Source of the DNA: Conidiobolus incongruus B7586
Taxonomy: Eukaryota
Reading direction: 5' to 3'
Length of the DNA stretch: 49,292 nt
Assembly (NCBI GenBank): GCA_000697335.1
Contig: JNEM01008690.1
Span: 1 to 49,292 of the forward strand
How positions within the stretch are numbered: the stretch's first letter is position 1; every line of letters begins with the position of its first letter. This document shows positions 23,615-37,525 of this stretch, one piece after another. Both the position numbers and the translations under genes were made by a program. A model generated the notes under the pieces. That model worked only from the letters and a program-made list of their open reading frames with translations, ran no database searches and was not told the origin of the DNA.

Positions 23615-26600
23615 CCTATTTAAATTTATTTAATATTTTTTGTTTGTTGATAGATTCAATTAATGTTATATAAAAACTGGGTCAATTCTATTGATTGGCA
23701 AAAAAACTGATATGAATACTAGTTTATAATTATTTTGATTGTATAGCTTAGATATATGCGATATCTTTTAATCAGTTAGTATTCAAATACTCAATATGTA
23801 TTATTAACATAGACTTTATATTTAAATTAATCTTAAATGTGAATTTTAATTAATAAAATCAGTAGATGTCAATATTAAAATATTATATATCTTAATAATT
23901 TTTTATTGCTTAACATATTTCAATTGTAAATTTGACTATTCGAATTTATTAGATATTTTGGATGAATATCACAAATACATATATTGACTATATTATATCC
24001 AATGTATTTGATCCTTTGAATTAATTCTTTACCAAGTTATTCATTTCTTGAATTTACCCAAAATACATATTAGAAGTTAAACATTGAGAACTTATTAGGA
24101 AATCAAATTTAAATTGGAATAATTACATTAGGTTAATATTTAAATATCATTTAATGTTAATTATATATATTAATAAGTAAAAATATTTTTATAATATGTT
24201 ATTTCATATTTTGAACTAAAATGTTACTTTCCAATTGATTATATTTAACAGCCTATATTCATCAGAAATAGCATATTCTCTCATTTGAAACTTTTCAATG
24301 AATATGACTGGAAAAAATAAAATATTTACCCATTTTACGTGATATATGCAGAACAATTCATAAAAGTAATTAATTCTCGGGTATTATCAACTCATGAAAA
24401 CTTGTAGCCATCAAACTAGATATATGTGAGAAATTATAAATTTAAAAAATTTATATACATGGGTAATAAAAAATATAAATATGACTTCTATCAGATTAAT
24501 TCTATGAAACTTTGACTAATATAAAACAATTAAGATCCAGATGACCTTTAAAAGTGGATAATATATAAAATATATTATTAATCTTAAATATTATCAATAC
24601 CTATATTAATCATTTTATAAATTTTATAATTTAAGGATTATAAGTTATATTAATAAAAAAAAATATTTTCTATTATTAACTTGTATATAATTAGAATTAT
24701 TCTTTTTATCCGATTTAACATTTAAAAAGATAATAGTTGAGAAATTTTTTAATAATTTTATTAAAAAATAGTGTAATTGAGATAATTTTGCATTTAAAAA
24801 GGTTATATAAGTTATAAATTTGTTCAAACTATTACCTATTGAAGGAAATATATAAAGAGTTTAAAATTCAATAATTTATGAGTTTGGTGTAATTATAAAA
24901 TGATTATATTACTCATATTTAATAGTTTTACAGCTTCTTAAAGATATTAACCAATTTTAAATTTAATGAATCGTGATTTTGAATTATATTGGTAATGGAA
25001 TTGAATTATAATCAAACTGGTTTAGGAGGATTAATTTATTCATATTTGAAAAAGGTTAGTGGAATATTATTTAAAATGATAAAAAAACTAACATGATTTT
25101 ACCGAATGTGTTGATATGTTTGGGTCAATATTAAAGTAATGTTTGAATAAAAGTAATAGTATATATTATATTAAGGAGCCAATATGGTAAATTAATGTTG
25201 AAATATAGTTAAAATTATATTCATCAATCATATTCTAAATGACAAAATATATCTGATCAATTTTAATTTATTATCAAATCCATTCATTCCTTTGTAAATT
25301 TTCACATTATGAAGTATGCTATCATAAAACAATATCATTTAATAATATATAATAATGTTGTATATATTATTCGTTCGAAACATACTAATTTGCCAAACTA
25401 TTTTACTAAAATTTAATATTTTAAAATACCATTCGATTAATAGCTTTAAAATGATTTAGTAAAAATTTTATCAATTAAATGGATGATACTTTATATATTT
25501 CACATTTATAATTTAGTTGAAATTTTTAAATATTAAAAAAAGATATAAAGTATATTCATAATCAATGTACGATCTAGCAAGTGTATATCATTCCATCATA
25601 TTTACGTCATAAAAACCATATCTAGTATTGTGTCTGTATTGCGTTATTTTTAATTATATGGATGAATTATTTTACGAATATATACATTTTAGCCTTTATT
25701 GAAAATCATAATTTGATAAAATTATCGGTTTTATTTTATATTTAATTTAATTATATAAGTAATAAAAGAATATAGATATCTTAATATGTATAACTTTAAT
25801 AATATCTAGAAATATAGTTCTAATGTCACATTAATGAAAATTTTCTGAAAATCGAACAATTAAGCCAAGAATAGATTTAAATAAAAATGCATTCAAAGGT
25901 TGTCCCATATTTCATTATTATAACTATTTCTAACTGAAATTAAAGGTAGTACTTTTGAGATTGTTATTCATATATGTTTCAGAAAATATAAAGTTAAAAA
26001 TTATTAATTTCATTGTATAAGTACCGATGAAAGATTTTTTAGGAATAGTATTTTGTTTATTTTTAAATATTTTTAATTGGTTTCATTAAAATCAAAATAA
26101 AATAAATCTGAGTTAATATTATTTGGTCATTACCAAATATGGTAATATTGAATAATTCAATCAAAATTTTGAAAAGTTATTAAGACTCACTCTTTGTTTT
26201 GATATTATAATATGAATAATAATAATTTAAAAACGAATATAGGAATAAAATATATCGTTGCTATAATTGGATAATAAAGTATTATATTGTATTGAAATAT
26301 CCACTGGACCTGTATATTTTTAATTTAACAAAATTCAAATTCGTATGTCATTTGATATTAAAAATATTAAAAATAATATGATATTGAGATATATTAAAAA
26401 TTTTAGTTTTTTTATGGTATCTATAATCCTTGGATATACTAATAATTTTTTAAAAATTTAAATATGATCATAGTTGATATTATATATATTTGAAGTTTGG
26501 TTAAATAATTGATTTTTTCTAAACTCGAATATTGACTAAATAATTTGGTTTTGGTAAGGGATGAAAATGAATGTAAATTCTTTAAATCTAGATCTACAAT

Positions 26601-27272
26601 GTTCTTACTAAACATAATCTTTATCATTTTTGAACTACTTTGACAAATAACAAGAATTAGTACAATATATAAATCATCATAAATAACAAGGAAACCTTCA
26701 AGTTCTTTAGTTTTTGATTAAAGATTCGATTTAGATTTCGCACATGATTTCATTAAAGTTTACTATCCTCCTTTTTAGATAGTCATTAATTATGCAGGTA
26801 TCCGTAATTTTAGTGAGAGGAATGACGCATCACTATTGATTAGATGGTTTATCATTCAATAGAACATATCAATTATCTTTTAGAGATATACCCTTTAAGG
26901 TCAAGTGATCAAATAATTTTAAGTGTGGAGCTTGAAAGCCAATCAAAACAGCAAAAAATGAGGCATTGCCTATTAAGGAAAAACAGAATTTGTCAAATTA
27001 TTCATTAATATGAGTTTGAATGAGATTACTCATTTTACATTTTTTTTTATAATTTCACTAATAATAATTCAACACTTGGAATCTATCATTACTAAAGTAT
27101 TGAGTCTTTCAAACGATTCAACTTTTTTATACTCAATTCAATCTTTTCTCTTTATTAAAAAAATAGATTGATATATTATAAAAATTTTTATATTTCTTTA
27201 TTTAAAGAATCTATCTTATTTCACCCACATATATAAAACCCTTTCTCGTTATATTGGTCTGTTTTAAACAAG

Positions 27273-28737
27273 ATGGGATCAAAGCGACCCAATTTAAAAC
27301 TATCTAAAGGTGATTTGAAGCTAAATAGCTCCTTTGCCCAAGCTCAATCTCAATTCTCAACATTTTCTAAATTTGTGTAATTTACTATTATTTAATATAA
27401 CTTGAGTTTATTTTATATTAATCTATTAATTTAGTGATCCTTCTGGTAAATTAAATTTCAATGGCAAAGCAGTTTTACATTCCGATGGCGTTGATTTTAG
27501 CAATGGAAATAGCTATAAAATCAATATGAACGAACTACAAGTACTTCAAACTTTGGGCAAAGGCCAATATGGCGTCGTACAAAAAGTGTTCCATCAACCT
27601 ACTAATGTTACAATGGCAATGAAGGTATTATTTTAAATTTATAAAAGAAAATTCTTTCAGTATCTCAAACATCAACTTGATTTTCTTTAGGAAATTAGAC
27701 TTGAACTCGACCAAGCTAAACTTAACCAAATTATTATGGAATTAGATGTACTCCATAAATCACATAATCCATATATTGTAGAATTTTATGGCGCTTTCTT
27801 TATTGAATCTTGTGTTTATTATTGTATGGAATATATGGATGGTGGTTCTCTCGATTTAGTCTGTTGGAAAGGAACCCCTGAAGATGTATTATCTTATATT
27901 GCTCGATCGGTATTATTTAATTTCTTTAAAATGTGTATATCAATGTATAACTGAAGTATTTCATACATTAGATTGTTGAAGGGCTCCGTTTCTTAAAAGA
28001 TGAACTTAGCATTATCCATAGAGGTATAATTTTGAATTTAGTTTATTTTTAGATACAATTAACACTAGATTAGATGTTAAACCAACCAATATTCTAATCA
28101 ATACTAAGGGAGAAGTTAAACTTTGTGATTTTGGTGTCTCTGGACAGCTGGTTATGTCCATGGCTAAAACACATATTGGTTGTCAAAGTTACATGGCTGT
28201 AAATTTAATATTATATTCTTTTTATATATATTTTTTTAACCTTAGCTTCTTTAGCCTGAAAGAATTACACACTCTTCATCTAGTTACACTGTTCAATCTG
28301 ATGTATTTTCTCTTGGTCTTTCAATTCTGGAAATTGCTACAGGGAAATACCCATATAGCTCAGATAAATTTGATTCCGTTTTTGTCATCTTAAATGAAAT
28401 TGTTATGGGTGAAGCCCCTAAATTACCTGATACTTATTCTGATATTGCTCAAGATTTTGTTGCTCAATGGTAAATACTTATATTATATTTTTATTAGCAT
28501 TATATATTAATCTAAACAATTTAGTCTCCAAAAATCTCCTGAAAAGAGGCCAACATATGCTGAATTATTGGTAACATCAAATATCTTTATAGTGTAAAAG
28601 CTCTGTCTAACCTTTTCAATTAGGAACACCCATTCTTATCTCAACCTTCCGCTAAAGGAGTTGGTATTGATATGAAATCATGGGTAAATGAGGCACTTAA
28701 AGATCCCAAACCTATTTCCCCCTATCCATCCAATTAA
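27273..28737 (+). CDS. PBS2: MAP kinase kinase of the Pbs2/Wis1 (HOG pathway) type, multi-exon
   Basis: Motifs: [81 protein letters not shown]. Confidence 0.92.
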
Positions 28738-31229
28738 AATGTTTTCCCCACAGTCAAAAAATTTGAATTTAGACTCTTTATTAATACTTAGAGTCTTGTT
28801 AGTTCTTTCTGATTATTTAATAATCTAATCAATATACACTTTGCCTCTTAATTCCATATTTTTTAATTTTATTTTATTTTATTTTATTTTATCTATTATA
28901 CATTGTTTATTCATATGAGTTGATACCGTTTATCACACATTCCAAAATTTAATATTATATTTTTTATTATGTATAGTTGATATACTTAAATCTATAATTC
29001 CTTTTCTCTATAGAATATTTCCATTAGATATGCTTATTCAACTATTTTTGATGATAATCTTCAATATTTTCGCAGTAACAATATTAAATAGAAATATTAG
29101 AATATTCTATTAATTATTCCATATGTATGGTTATATTTAGAAGAATATTAATAATACAAATTTTTTTATCCATTTTTATTTTTATAAAAGTTCTCAATAT
29201 TTTTAATTCGAATGAAGAATATTTTTAGAAATTTTACTTTAGATAAAAATTTTAATCTGAAATTGAATCGAATATTATCCAATAATAATACTTATGAATC
29301 CTTATAGACTAATTAGGTAATTTCCGAACTAATTTAATCGTTTGTTTTGAAATTTAATCATATCTAACCCTACTTGTTTGTTATATTATATATTAGCTTT
29401 ATAAATATATAATATATGGTAATTATTTATATTTTAAACAAACATTAGTATTATTGATACCTGAAAAATTACTAAACAATTGAAAGCTAAAATATTTCAA
29501 CTAACATTTGAAAATTGAATCCATGAAAAAATAAATTTATAATTAATAATTTACAATAATTGGATATTTGATAATTAGGATGGAGAGCATTAATATAGTT
29601 CACCATTATACTGATGCATTAATCAAGTTAGGTCTAAAAATTTAATTTTCCTATATTTTTATCAAATTGTTGATATTATTTATTCCATTTGGAAACTGAT
29701 TATTAATATTTTGTTGAGATCTTCATAACTATTGATTGGACTTTGTTTTAATGAATCAGATATTTTATCAAATGATTAGAAGAATATATTGAGTATAATT
29801 GATATTATAAATTATTTTACAAGGAGATACTATCTTAATATTAATGTTTTGTATGATTTGAAATCACAGCTAAAATGAATAGTTAACTTATTTACAATCA
29901 TTTATTCTCTTAATATAAGTTATATACTTCATTACCATATTTTAATTTAAAATGAGAATTTATTCATTTAATACAATCCTGTAATATCTTTATTTACCCA
30001 ATTCTTGTTTTAAATATTATAATAAATCCTTTTTAATACAGAACTTGGATATAAATTCATAATATTTTACTTAAATTAAATGAATTAAAAAACGTATCTA
30101 TTTTTCTATTCTCTAAAAGTTGCTGTAAATCTTGATAAGATCAACGCATAGATCAACTCCAAAAACTATTTATTATCCCCACATAATATTTTGCAATTTT
30201 CAAATCTTAAATCCTCAAACTAGAATCATGGATTTCGGGTAATTTTTATATTGATACCAGCATCTCTAAAAAATAAATATGGTAATACTTAATATGAAAA
30301 TATTGAACTAGATCATTACAAATGAAACTGATAATACATTTTTGTTTGAATGTTACTTATATCTACATTTCGTAAAACTGCTCAAGATCTACAAAGAGTA
30401 AAGCTATTCAAATTTTAAAATTATATGGATGGTCAGCATTTTTAAAAGAAAAACATATGGTTATCTAATATATGCTCTATTTGATATATGAATTAATTTC
30501 TTTGATACTCCAAGTATAGTCTTGGGTTATAAATAATCATTTTATAAATTTTTGCATATTTCTTCAATACATTTTATATTTAAATTATTTATTTCCTATC
30601 ATTCAATAAAATTAACTTAAATTAGACAGGATATAATTAGAAAATAATATAATATAATACATTATTAACATTAAATTCATAATATAATCATTACAATGAG
30701 AATTATAATAGATACTTAAATCAAACATTTGAATCGTATCCTTTAATAAAATTTTATCAAAAAATTACCATTAATTATTTAATTTATTATTTTAAAACTT
30801 GAAAAAATTATTCAAATCTAATGAATAATTATCTATTTTTTTGATCTTTAGTAAATTAAAAAATATATTAAAATCACATTTTTAGTTTAATTATATAATT
30901 ATATTATATATACTAAAATCCATATTTGGTTTACTTAATCAAAATACAAAATATATATTTTACCATGTAAATAAAATTTAAATAATAACTGGAGTAATTA
31001 TCACTAAACAAAATTTATTAATTTATTTTTTTATATCATTGTAATTAGTTAATTTTATATTCTCTTAAATAATCTTTTATTAAAAATGAAAGCAAAATAT
31101 TGTTTTAATGGAATTTTTTTAAATTAATTATTATTACATAATATTTTATTTAATAACAAATTATAATTATTAAATGAAATTAAAATAATATGTAATTTTC
31201 TTATTTAGTTTTTAAATATAGTTTTATTA

Positions 31230-32460
31230 ATAATAAGTAATAAATTTTTTAATTTCTGATCCTTTAAACATATTATACATTTTGAAAGATTATATATATA
31301 TATAATATATATAGGAAAATAAATATTTTTAAACTATATATATATATTCAATTTTAATTATTTTTTATTAAAATATTTTGATTTTAAAATTTAAACTTAA
31401 ATTTAATTATATTTAAAATTGATAATAATTATCAAAAGGTTTTTATTTTTATATTTTTAAAATTTAACTTAAAACTTTTTAAAATTATTGAAAATTTATA
31501 AACAATTTATAAAGATGATATTTTATTTAAAACTACTATATATCATTAGATTTGTGATTTTAAAGATAAAAGGGACATTATTTAAAATTTACTAAAATTT
31601 AAAAAATTAATTTCTATTGTTATTTTTTTACTTATTAATAAAGTAAAAAAATATATTAAGAAACCTCTTTTTATTTTTATTCAAGAATTATTAAAACAAT
31701 TTAATATTAATTATATAAGTATATTATATATAATTAAGTTTAAATTTAATTTAATTAATAAGAATATAAAATATTTATTTTATAATTTAACAAAAGCTTA
31801 AAAAAATTAAAGTAATTATAGTTAAATTAAACTTATTAAGGTATAATTAAAAACAAAGGTTTTTACAACAGATACTTATAATTAATAAGTTTTAAATTCT
31901 TCTATATAATCTTTTAATTAAAAATAAAACAAGATGTTAAGTTAAATTAATCTTTTTTATAAATTCTAATGAATAAATATTTTAAATATAAGCAAATATT
32001 AATTATTGTAATAGATTATAATAATAAATAATTTTTTTTATTTAATACCCAAAGAGAAATTAATTAATAGTAAATTATATATTATTTTTTTAAATAAAAT
32101 AATTTTTAAATGGTTTTCTTAATATAAATTAAAGATACTTATTATTTTACATGATAATCATAAAATATATAAAATTAAAACTCTAAAAGATTTTTTATAT
32201 AAAAAAAACTAAAGCAAATTACCACATCTAATATATTTATTTGATTATAACCTATGTAATTATAATTGTTTTAGATAGTTAAAAAATTAGCTTATAAGAA
32301 AAAAATTCTTGTAAATAAATTAAATTAGTTTATAAAATATTAAATTTTAGTTTTTAATAAAAAGAATTATTTTTTAAATATTAGAAGCTTATTAAAAATA
32401 TAAAAAAAGTTATTAATAATAAAAAAAGCTATTAATTTTATATTATTTATTTATTTATTT
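31230..32460 (+). mobile_element. Full-length DD34D mariner transposase relic (former ORF about 31409-32435), heavily C>T/G>A mutated
   Basis: N-terminal HTH remnant. ILIINKF*I (cf. IVTGDESWI). IILHDN (32141-32158). LPHLIYLFDYNLCNY (cf. LPHPPYSPDL.PCDY). Exactly 34 codons separate the 2nd and 3rd catalytic positions. The former ORF spans about 342 codons. Confidence 0.85.
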
Positions 32461-33262
32461 ATTTAATATTAATTTCAAAATTATACCATTATTTAATTTC
32501 TATATTAATAATAACTATTATTTGATATTATTATTGAAATTAAAAATACTTATTATTTGTTATAATAATTATAAGATTTTCTTAAAAAAATAAATAGCAG
32601 AAATTATTATATTTAATAAAAATATTAATAAATTATAACTTAAGTAATTATAATTACTTTGGGTGATTAATAAATATACTTATAAAAAAGAAAATTTTTG
32701 CAAATAAATTTAATTATAATATAAAAAATTGATATTTAAGTGTTATAAATTTTCCAAATATATCAAAAGGTTATTAAAAATAAAAAATAATATTAATTTA
32801 ATTTAATTTTACTCTTATAAATCATATATTAAAAATTATATGAAAAATTAATTTTAAAATTATATTATTGAATTAAATTATTTACATAATATTATAATTA
32901 ACACATTTATATCTTAAATAAAACATATTTTGAATAATAAATTATTATTTAATTATATTATTGAATTATTTCAAAAATTGAAAATTCATATACATTAATC
33001 AATAGTCAATAATCATTTCTTCAAAACAACCAAAAAATTTAAAAATATTATCAAAATATATTATCTTAATACTTGATTAATACTAAATAGCTTATTTATT
33101 CTATATATATATTGTAATACATAAAACTAAATTCAATGAATATTGTAACAATTTTATTAGAGCAAGATAAAGAAAAATGGTAGAGAATACAAGAGAATTT
33201 AAACTTATCAAATGGGTTGAATAATTTTGATTAATGAATCTTACAGTGGTGATAATTATAAC

Positions 33263-36200
33263 CTAATCCGAATCAACCTCCACATATTTCATAGGAGAGT
33301 GGGATGTGGTTTTGGATTTGCGAGCTGATGGCCTAAATTAAAGATTAATAATCGACGAAATAATGATTATATGTTAAATGAACTTACGATTTAGCATCCG
33401 AATCGTGTGGAAGGGACCTCTTACCAGCCCTAGGCGACTTGGGCGATTTGGGAGATCTTGGCGATCTTGGAGATTTCGGAGACCTTGGAGAACGAGGCGA
33501 GCGGGGGGATTTGGGTGCCAAACTAAAATCACCTGGGAATTCCTTGGGATCTAGTGGGGGTGCCATGACACGCGTCTGGTCAGTTGGGAAGAACTCTTGG
33601 GGTAAGAAACTATGGTTAGCAATTGTGGACATCTTGGCTGGATTGGTAAGATGTCTATACATGTCGGCAGGTAGAGAAATGGGTCCTGTGTAAGGCTGAA
33701 TGAGCCAGTGGGAAGTGAGTTTGAAATGTTTAATAGTATACTGCATCAAATCACTTAATGCGTAGATGCAGTCGGATCGTTCTGGACTGTTCAAATCGTA
33801 GGTGTTCTTCAATCTGGAAATACATTCAAAGATGTATGAAATATTATCAGGTGTGGCAATAATTTCTAGGAAGAATTCCAAATAGCGTTGAAACTGTAGT
33901 AAATCTTCACCATCTCTGGAGAAATCTGGATGATGGGCAAGAAGGTAAATGAGACGAGGTGTAGTGGATTCCAAGTGATGAGCGACACGGTTTTGAGCCT
34001 TATTCCTATCAAGTTGTCTCTTGAGAGCGACTGAAACGGTATCGCGCAATTCAATTTCAGGATCGTGAGCTGTTAAGAATAGAATGGAGGCATACTTGGG
34101 GTTGAGACTTTGAATGCTCAAGTATTTAATCAACTTCGTGACGAAGCCTTGACGTACTTCGAAAATTTCATCTTGCATAAAATAGGACAATTTGGTGAAT
34201 TGAAGGGGTGCAATATAGGATTGGAGATGCGATTTACATGCAAGTTTGACAATGGAGTTAATGGCAGCTAATCTCAAGTTGGCTCTGAATGATTTGGGCA
34301 TTTCATCAGTAAGAGCACCTTCTTTGTCTAAGATATCCCACAATAAATTCAAAACGGGTTTACAGAGAGCCACCTTAATGTCATCATCAGCAAATGACAA
34401 TGCTCTGTTCACCAAGACTTTCAAACCTAAGACCTTAGCTTCCAATTCAGAGTCAATTTGATCAAATTCTTCGTAGGAAGAAGAATCATAAGAACTTTTC
34501 AAATTCTTATATAAGAGATCACTCACTACAAACTTGACAAGCTGCTCATAAACATCTTCTAAATCATCGGGTGAATGGATAGCAATCTGTTGAAAAGCTT
34601 TGAGAGCTGAGTTTAAGTATTGAGAGCTGGGTTTCAAATTCTTGACAAGTTGTGAAACCAAATCAGGGACACAAATGAGGTAGTTGGAATTCAAACAAAG
34701 GATACAAGCAGCATATTTGGATTGTAAAACGGTACCCTTAAGACAGAGATCCTTCAATTTCTTAATGGATAAATCATCCAATTTAAGTTCTCTAGGATGA
34801 GATTTGACATGTTTGGCCAAAGCCTTAAGACGGTCAATTTGCTCGGACTTGAACAAGTCGATAGAGGAATCGATCAAGAAACTGGTGAGCAAATTTAAGT
34901 GAACATCAAACAGATTGGGGAACCAATTGGCCAATTGGTCCAATATTTTTTGGGCAGTGCTGGATTTCGTAGCGTCGGTTGCGTTCTTTTTAGATCTGGT
35001 GCTCTTTCCCGACTCGACGATTTCAAATAAAAATGGAAGAATGGTGTGATTGACTAATTTGAGCGAGACAGTATTGAGAATCATCTTGAAAGTATTAACC
35101 AACTCGGAATTCAACTGTTCAATTCGTTTCATTGCCTTTCCATAACAATCTACAATAGTATCATAATCAGAAGTAAAGCTAATAACCTTCAAAAAGAGTT
35201 CATTCAATCTCTTATCGGGAGATTGAGAATACTTTACCAAGTTACTATAATGTATAGTTGTATCATTATACTTTTCTACTAAGAGTTTAGCTGATCCAAG
35301 GATAGATTTCTCAATATCTTCAGTGGTATTGGTCTTAGAACTCCAAGCTCTTTGCTCATTAATATTGGTGATATACCTGTGGAAATGTTTAATAGCGATG
35401 GATTGTGTCTTCATCATGGAGTAGAATGCGGTGAGTCCTTTGTCATTCAAGTATGAGCATACGTTCAATATCCTTTGAGTACGATCCGATGCATTGCGAT
35501 CAGAAGAGAATACCTTCTCTCTCAAAACTTGAGCGGCGTGATAGTCACCATCATATACATAGAAAAGTCCTAAAATAGCATTGGGTAATTTGGAAAATTT
35601 GGAAATGGCTTGAGGATCTCCATAAACGATATCATGGTAAGCTTTATCATAGAGATCTGATAATGTGTTGAGAGCTGCAATTCTAGTCTCAAGCTAATCA
35701 AATAATAAGCATATAAACTAAAGTATATATTTATATAGTTACCTTTTTATCTTTGCAACGAAGAGATAAACCTTCAAGTAATTTGGGATCAACCAATTGT
35801 TTGACCAAGTCGTAGCCGATGAGCCCAATAACTTTACAAACGGCAGTTCTGACCTTGTCATCGGGATCTTGAACCTTGGTAATTAAACCCTCCTGAACTT
35901 GATTGAGGTCACTGCTATTATTCAAGAAAAATGTAATGCTCTGTTCAACCCAAGCAACTCTCACTTGGGAAGTTTTATCATTCATTCTTTGTAACCAAAT
36001 CTTCCACACAGCTCCATAAGTTGATGATAAGTGGCCAGGCTGGGAGAACATGTCACCCAAAGCTCTAGTGGCTAAAGTACGAAGTTCTGTATTATCATAA
36101 GATAACTCTTGTTCTAAGAGAGGAATGACATTGAGCAAGACACTGGGAGCAGCTCTATTAATATTAACAATAATACGGTGAGCAGTTTTGAGATCGATAC

Positions 36201-37097
36201 TCTTTTCGGGATCTGCTTCATGAGGTTTAGCAGAAGCCAAAAGGATGTCACTAAAATATTGGCAGAAATACCTCTGGAGACGATCGCTAGAAGTGAGACA
36301 GAGCTCTTTAGCCAAATAATATGAGTAAGGGTATTGCTGACGATTTTTATCGGTAAAGCACAATAAAATCAATTCGATAGCCTTAGTGGGAACGTTGTTG
36401 GAATTATCGACTAATGACGATAGGATGGCCGCTGCACTTGATAGAATTTCATTAGATTGATCTTTCCTAAAATTCAAAAATGAGTAAAACATATTGTAAT
36501 AGGGTAAATCAAGTACTTGGTAAGTGAAAAAAAGATCTCAAAAGTCTGAGTCAATAGCTGTGTAGCATTATTCAAATCCAACATCAAAATAGCACTCTTA
36601 TAAGTACCCAACGAATTCAACAAGTAAGTATCGAAGCTAGCCGTCTCGGAATTGGATGTGCCCAACAATTTGAACTGATTGAAAAACAATTTAAAAATCG
36701 CCTAAAAATCATATTAATATGGATGACATCATCAATTTTCTATAAGTTACTCCAAGTTCAGTTTTATTATAGGGAGAATCAGGTGCATATAATTTTAGAA
36801 CATCAGCGATACAACACGCTGTAATAGCTTTGACCAGAGGGTTTTTATGCTCCATTAAACTGGGCGACTTTAACTGTTTAATAACACCATTAAGACTTGA
36901 AATGTCGAATTGATCACTCTGTTTAATTAGTCCTAACTCTTCATGTAATTTCTAAAACATTTTGTTAGTAATTGAATTACATGTGGCTAATGTAAATTGG
37001 ATACTGTTAATCTTTTGACAATTTCACCATAAGCAATATTACGACCGCCAGTAGCTACTAGTACTTGGTCAAATTGTAATCGGTTCGTACCAGACAT
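33263..37097 (-). CDS. PDS5: Cohesin-associated HEAT protein Pds5, multi-exon
   Basis: Motifs: ACCIADVLKLYAPDSPY, VLLNVIPLLEQEL, WLQRMNDK..VR, DPDDKVR, LRLAA..IVKLA, QDEIFEVRQGFV.KL, PRLIYLLAHHPDF. ATG is at 37097 and TAG at 33265-33263. Confidence 0.95.
33429..33509 (-). repeat. Coding tandem repeat (SP[R/K])x9 in the Pds5 C-terminal tail
   Basis: SPRSPRSPRSPKSPRSPRSPKSPKSPR, 81 nt, with varied synonymous codons. Confidence 0.95.
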
Positions 37098-37482
37098 TAT
37101 TTTTAGTTTGAATGAAACTATTAAAATATAATTTTAATTTTAATTGATTTTGCTAATTTCTCAATATATTTTTTGAAACTATTTATAATATATTCAAATC
37201 GAATAAAAAATAATTAATATTTATCTTATTTTAATATAAAATTTTATACAATAACACACAGAGAGAGTTTGTGGAATTGATATTAAAAATAAAAATCAAT
37301 TGGAGTTAAAATAATATTAGTTATTAATTTATGAACTATTGATTACAAACCAAGTAATATTTTATAAGCTAGAATTCAAATTCAAATTCAACTTGGAATA
37401 ATGACATATTGTCCAATCAACTTTTCTAAATATAATTTCCCAGGATATTTTGAGAATTTATAGCCCTTATTGATTGGTTCAA

Positions 37483-37525
37483 TTTCGCGTTTATTATATT
37501 CTCGTTAATTTTTAATATTACGCGT
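37483..37525. promoter_or_regulatory. Candidate MCB/SCB-like G1/S elements upstream of PDS5
   Basis: TTTCGCGT at 37483-37490 and ACGCGT at 37520-37525, about 390-430 bp upstream of the PDS5 ATG, in CpG-poor DNA. Confidence 0.5.

Noticed and set aside
23700..27200. Long AT-rich spacer with short ORFs (24645-24827, 26439-26627)
   Set aside because: The ORFs are I/K/N/F-rich compositional artefacts. Old TE debris is possible but I could not support it.
33439..33693. Plus-strand ORF with GDL/GER collagen-like repeats
   Set aside because: It is the antisense shadow of the Pds5 SP[R/K] repeat.
36952..37005. PDS5 intron 1 donor GTATCC resembling a U12-type 5' splice site
   Set aside because: It continues AA instead of TT and has a standard ACTAAC branch point, so it is U2-type.
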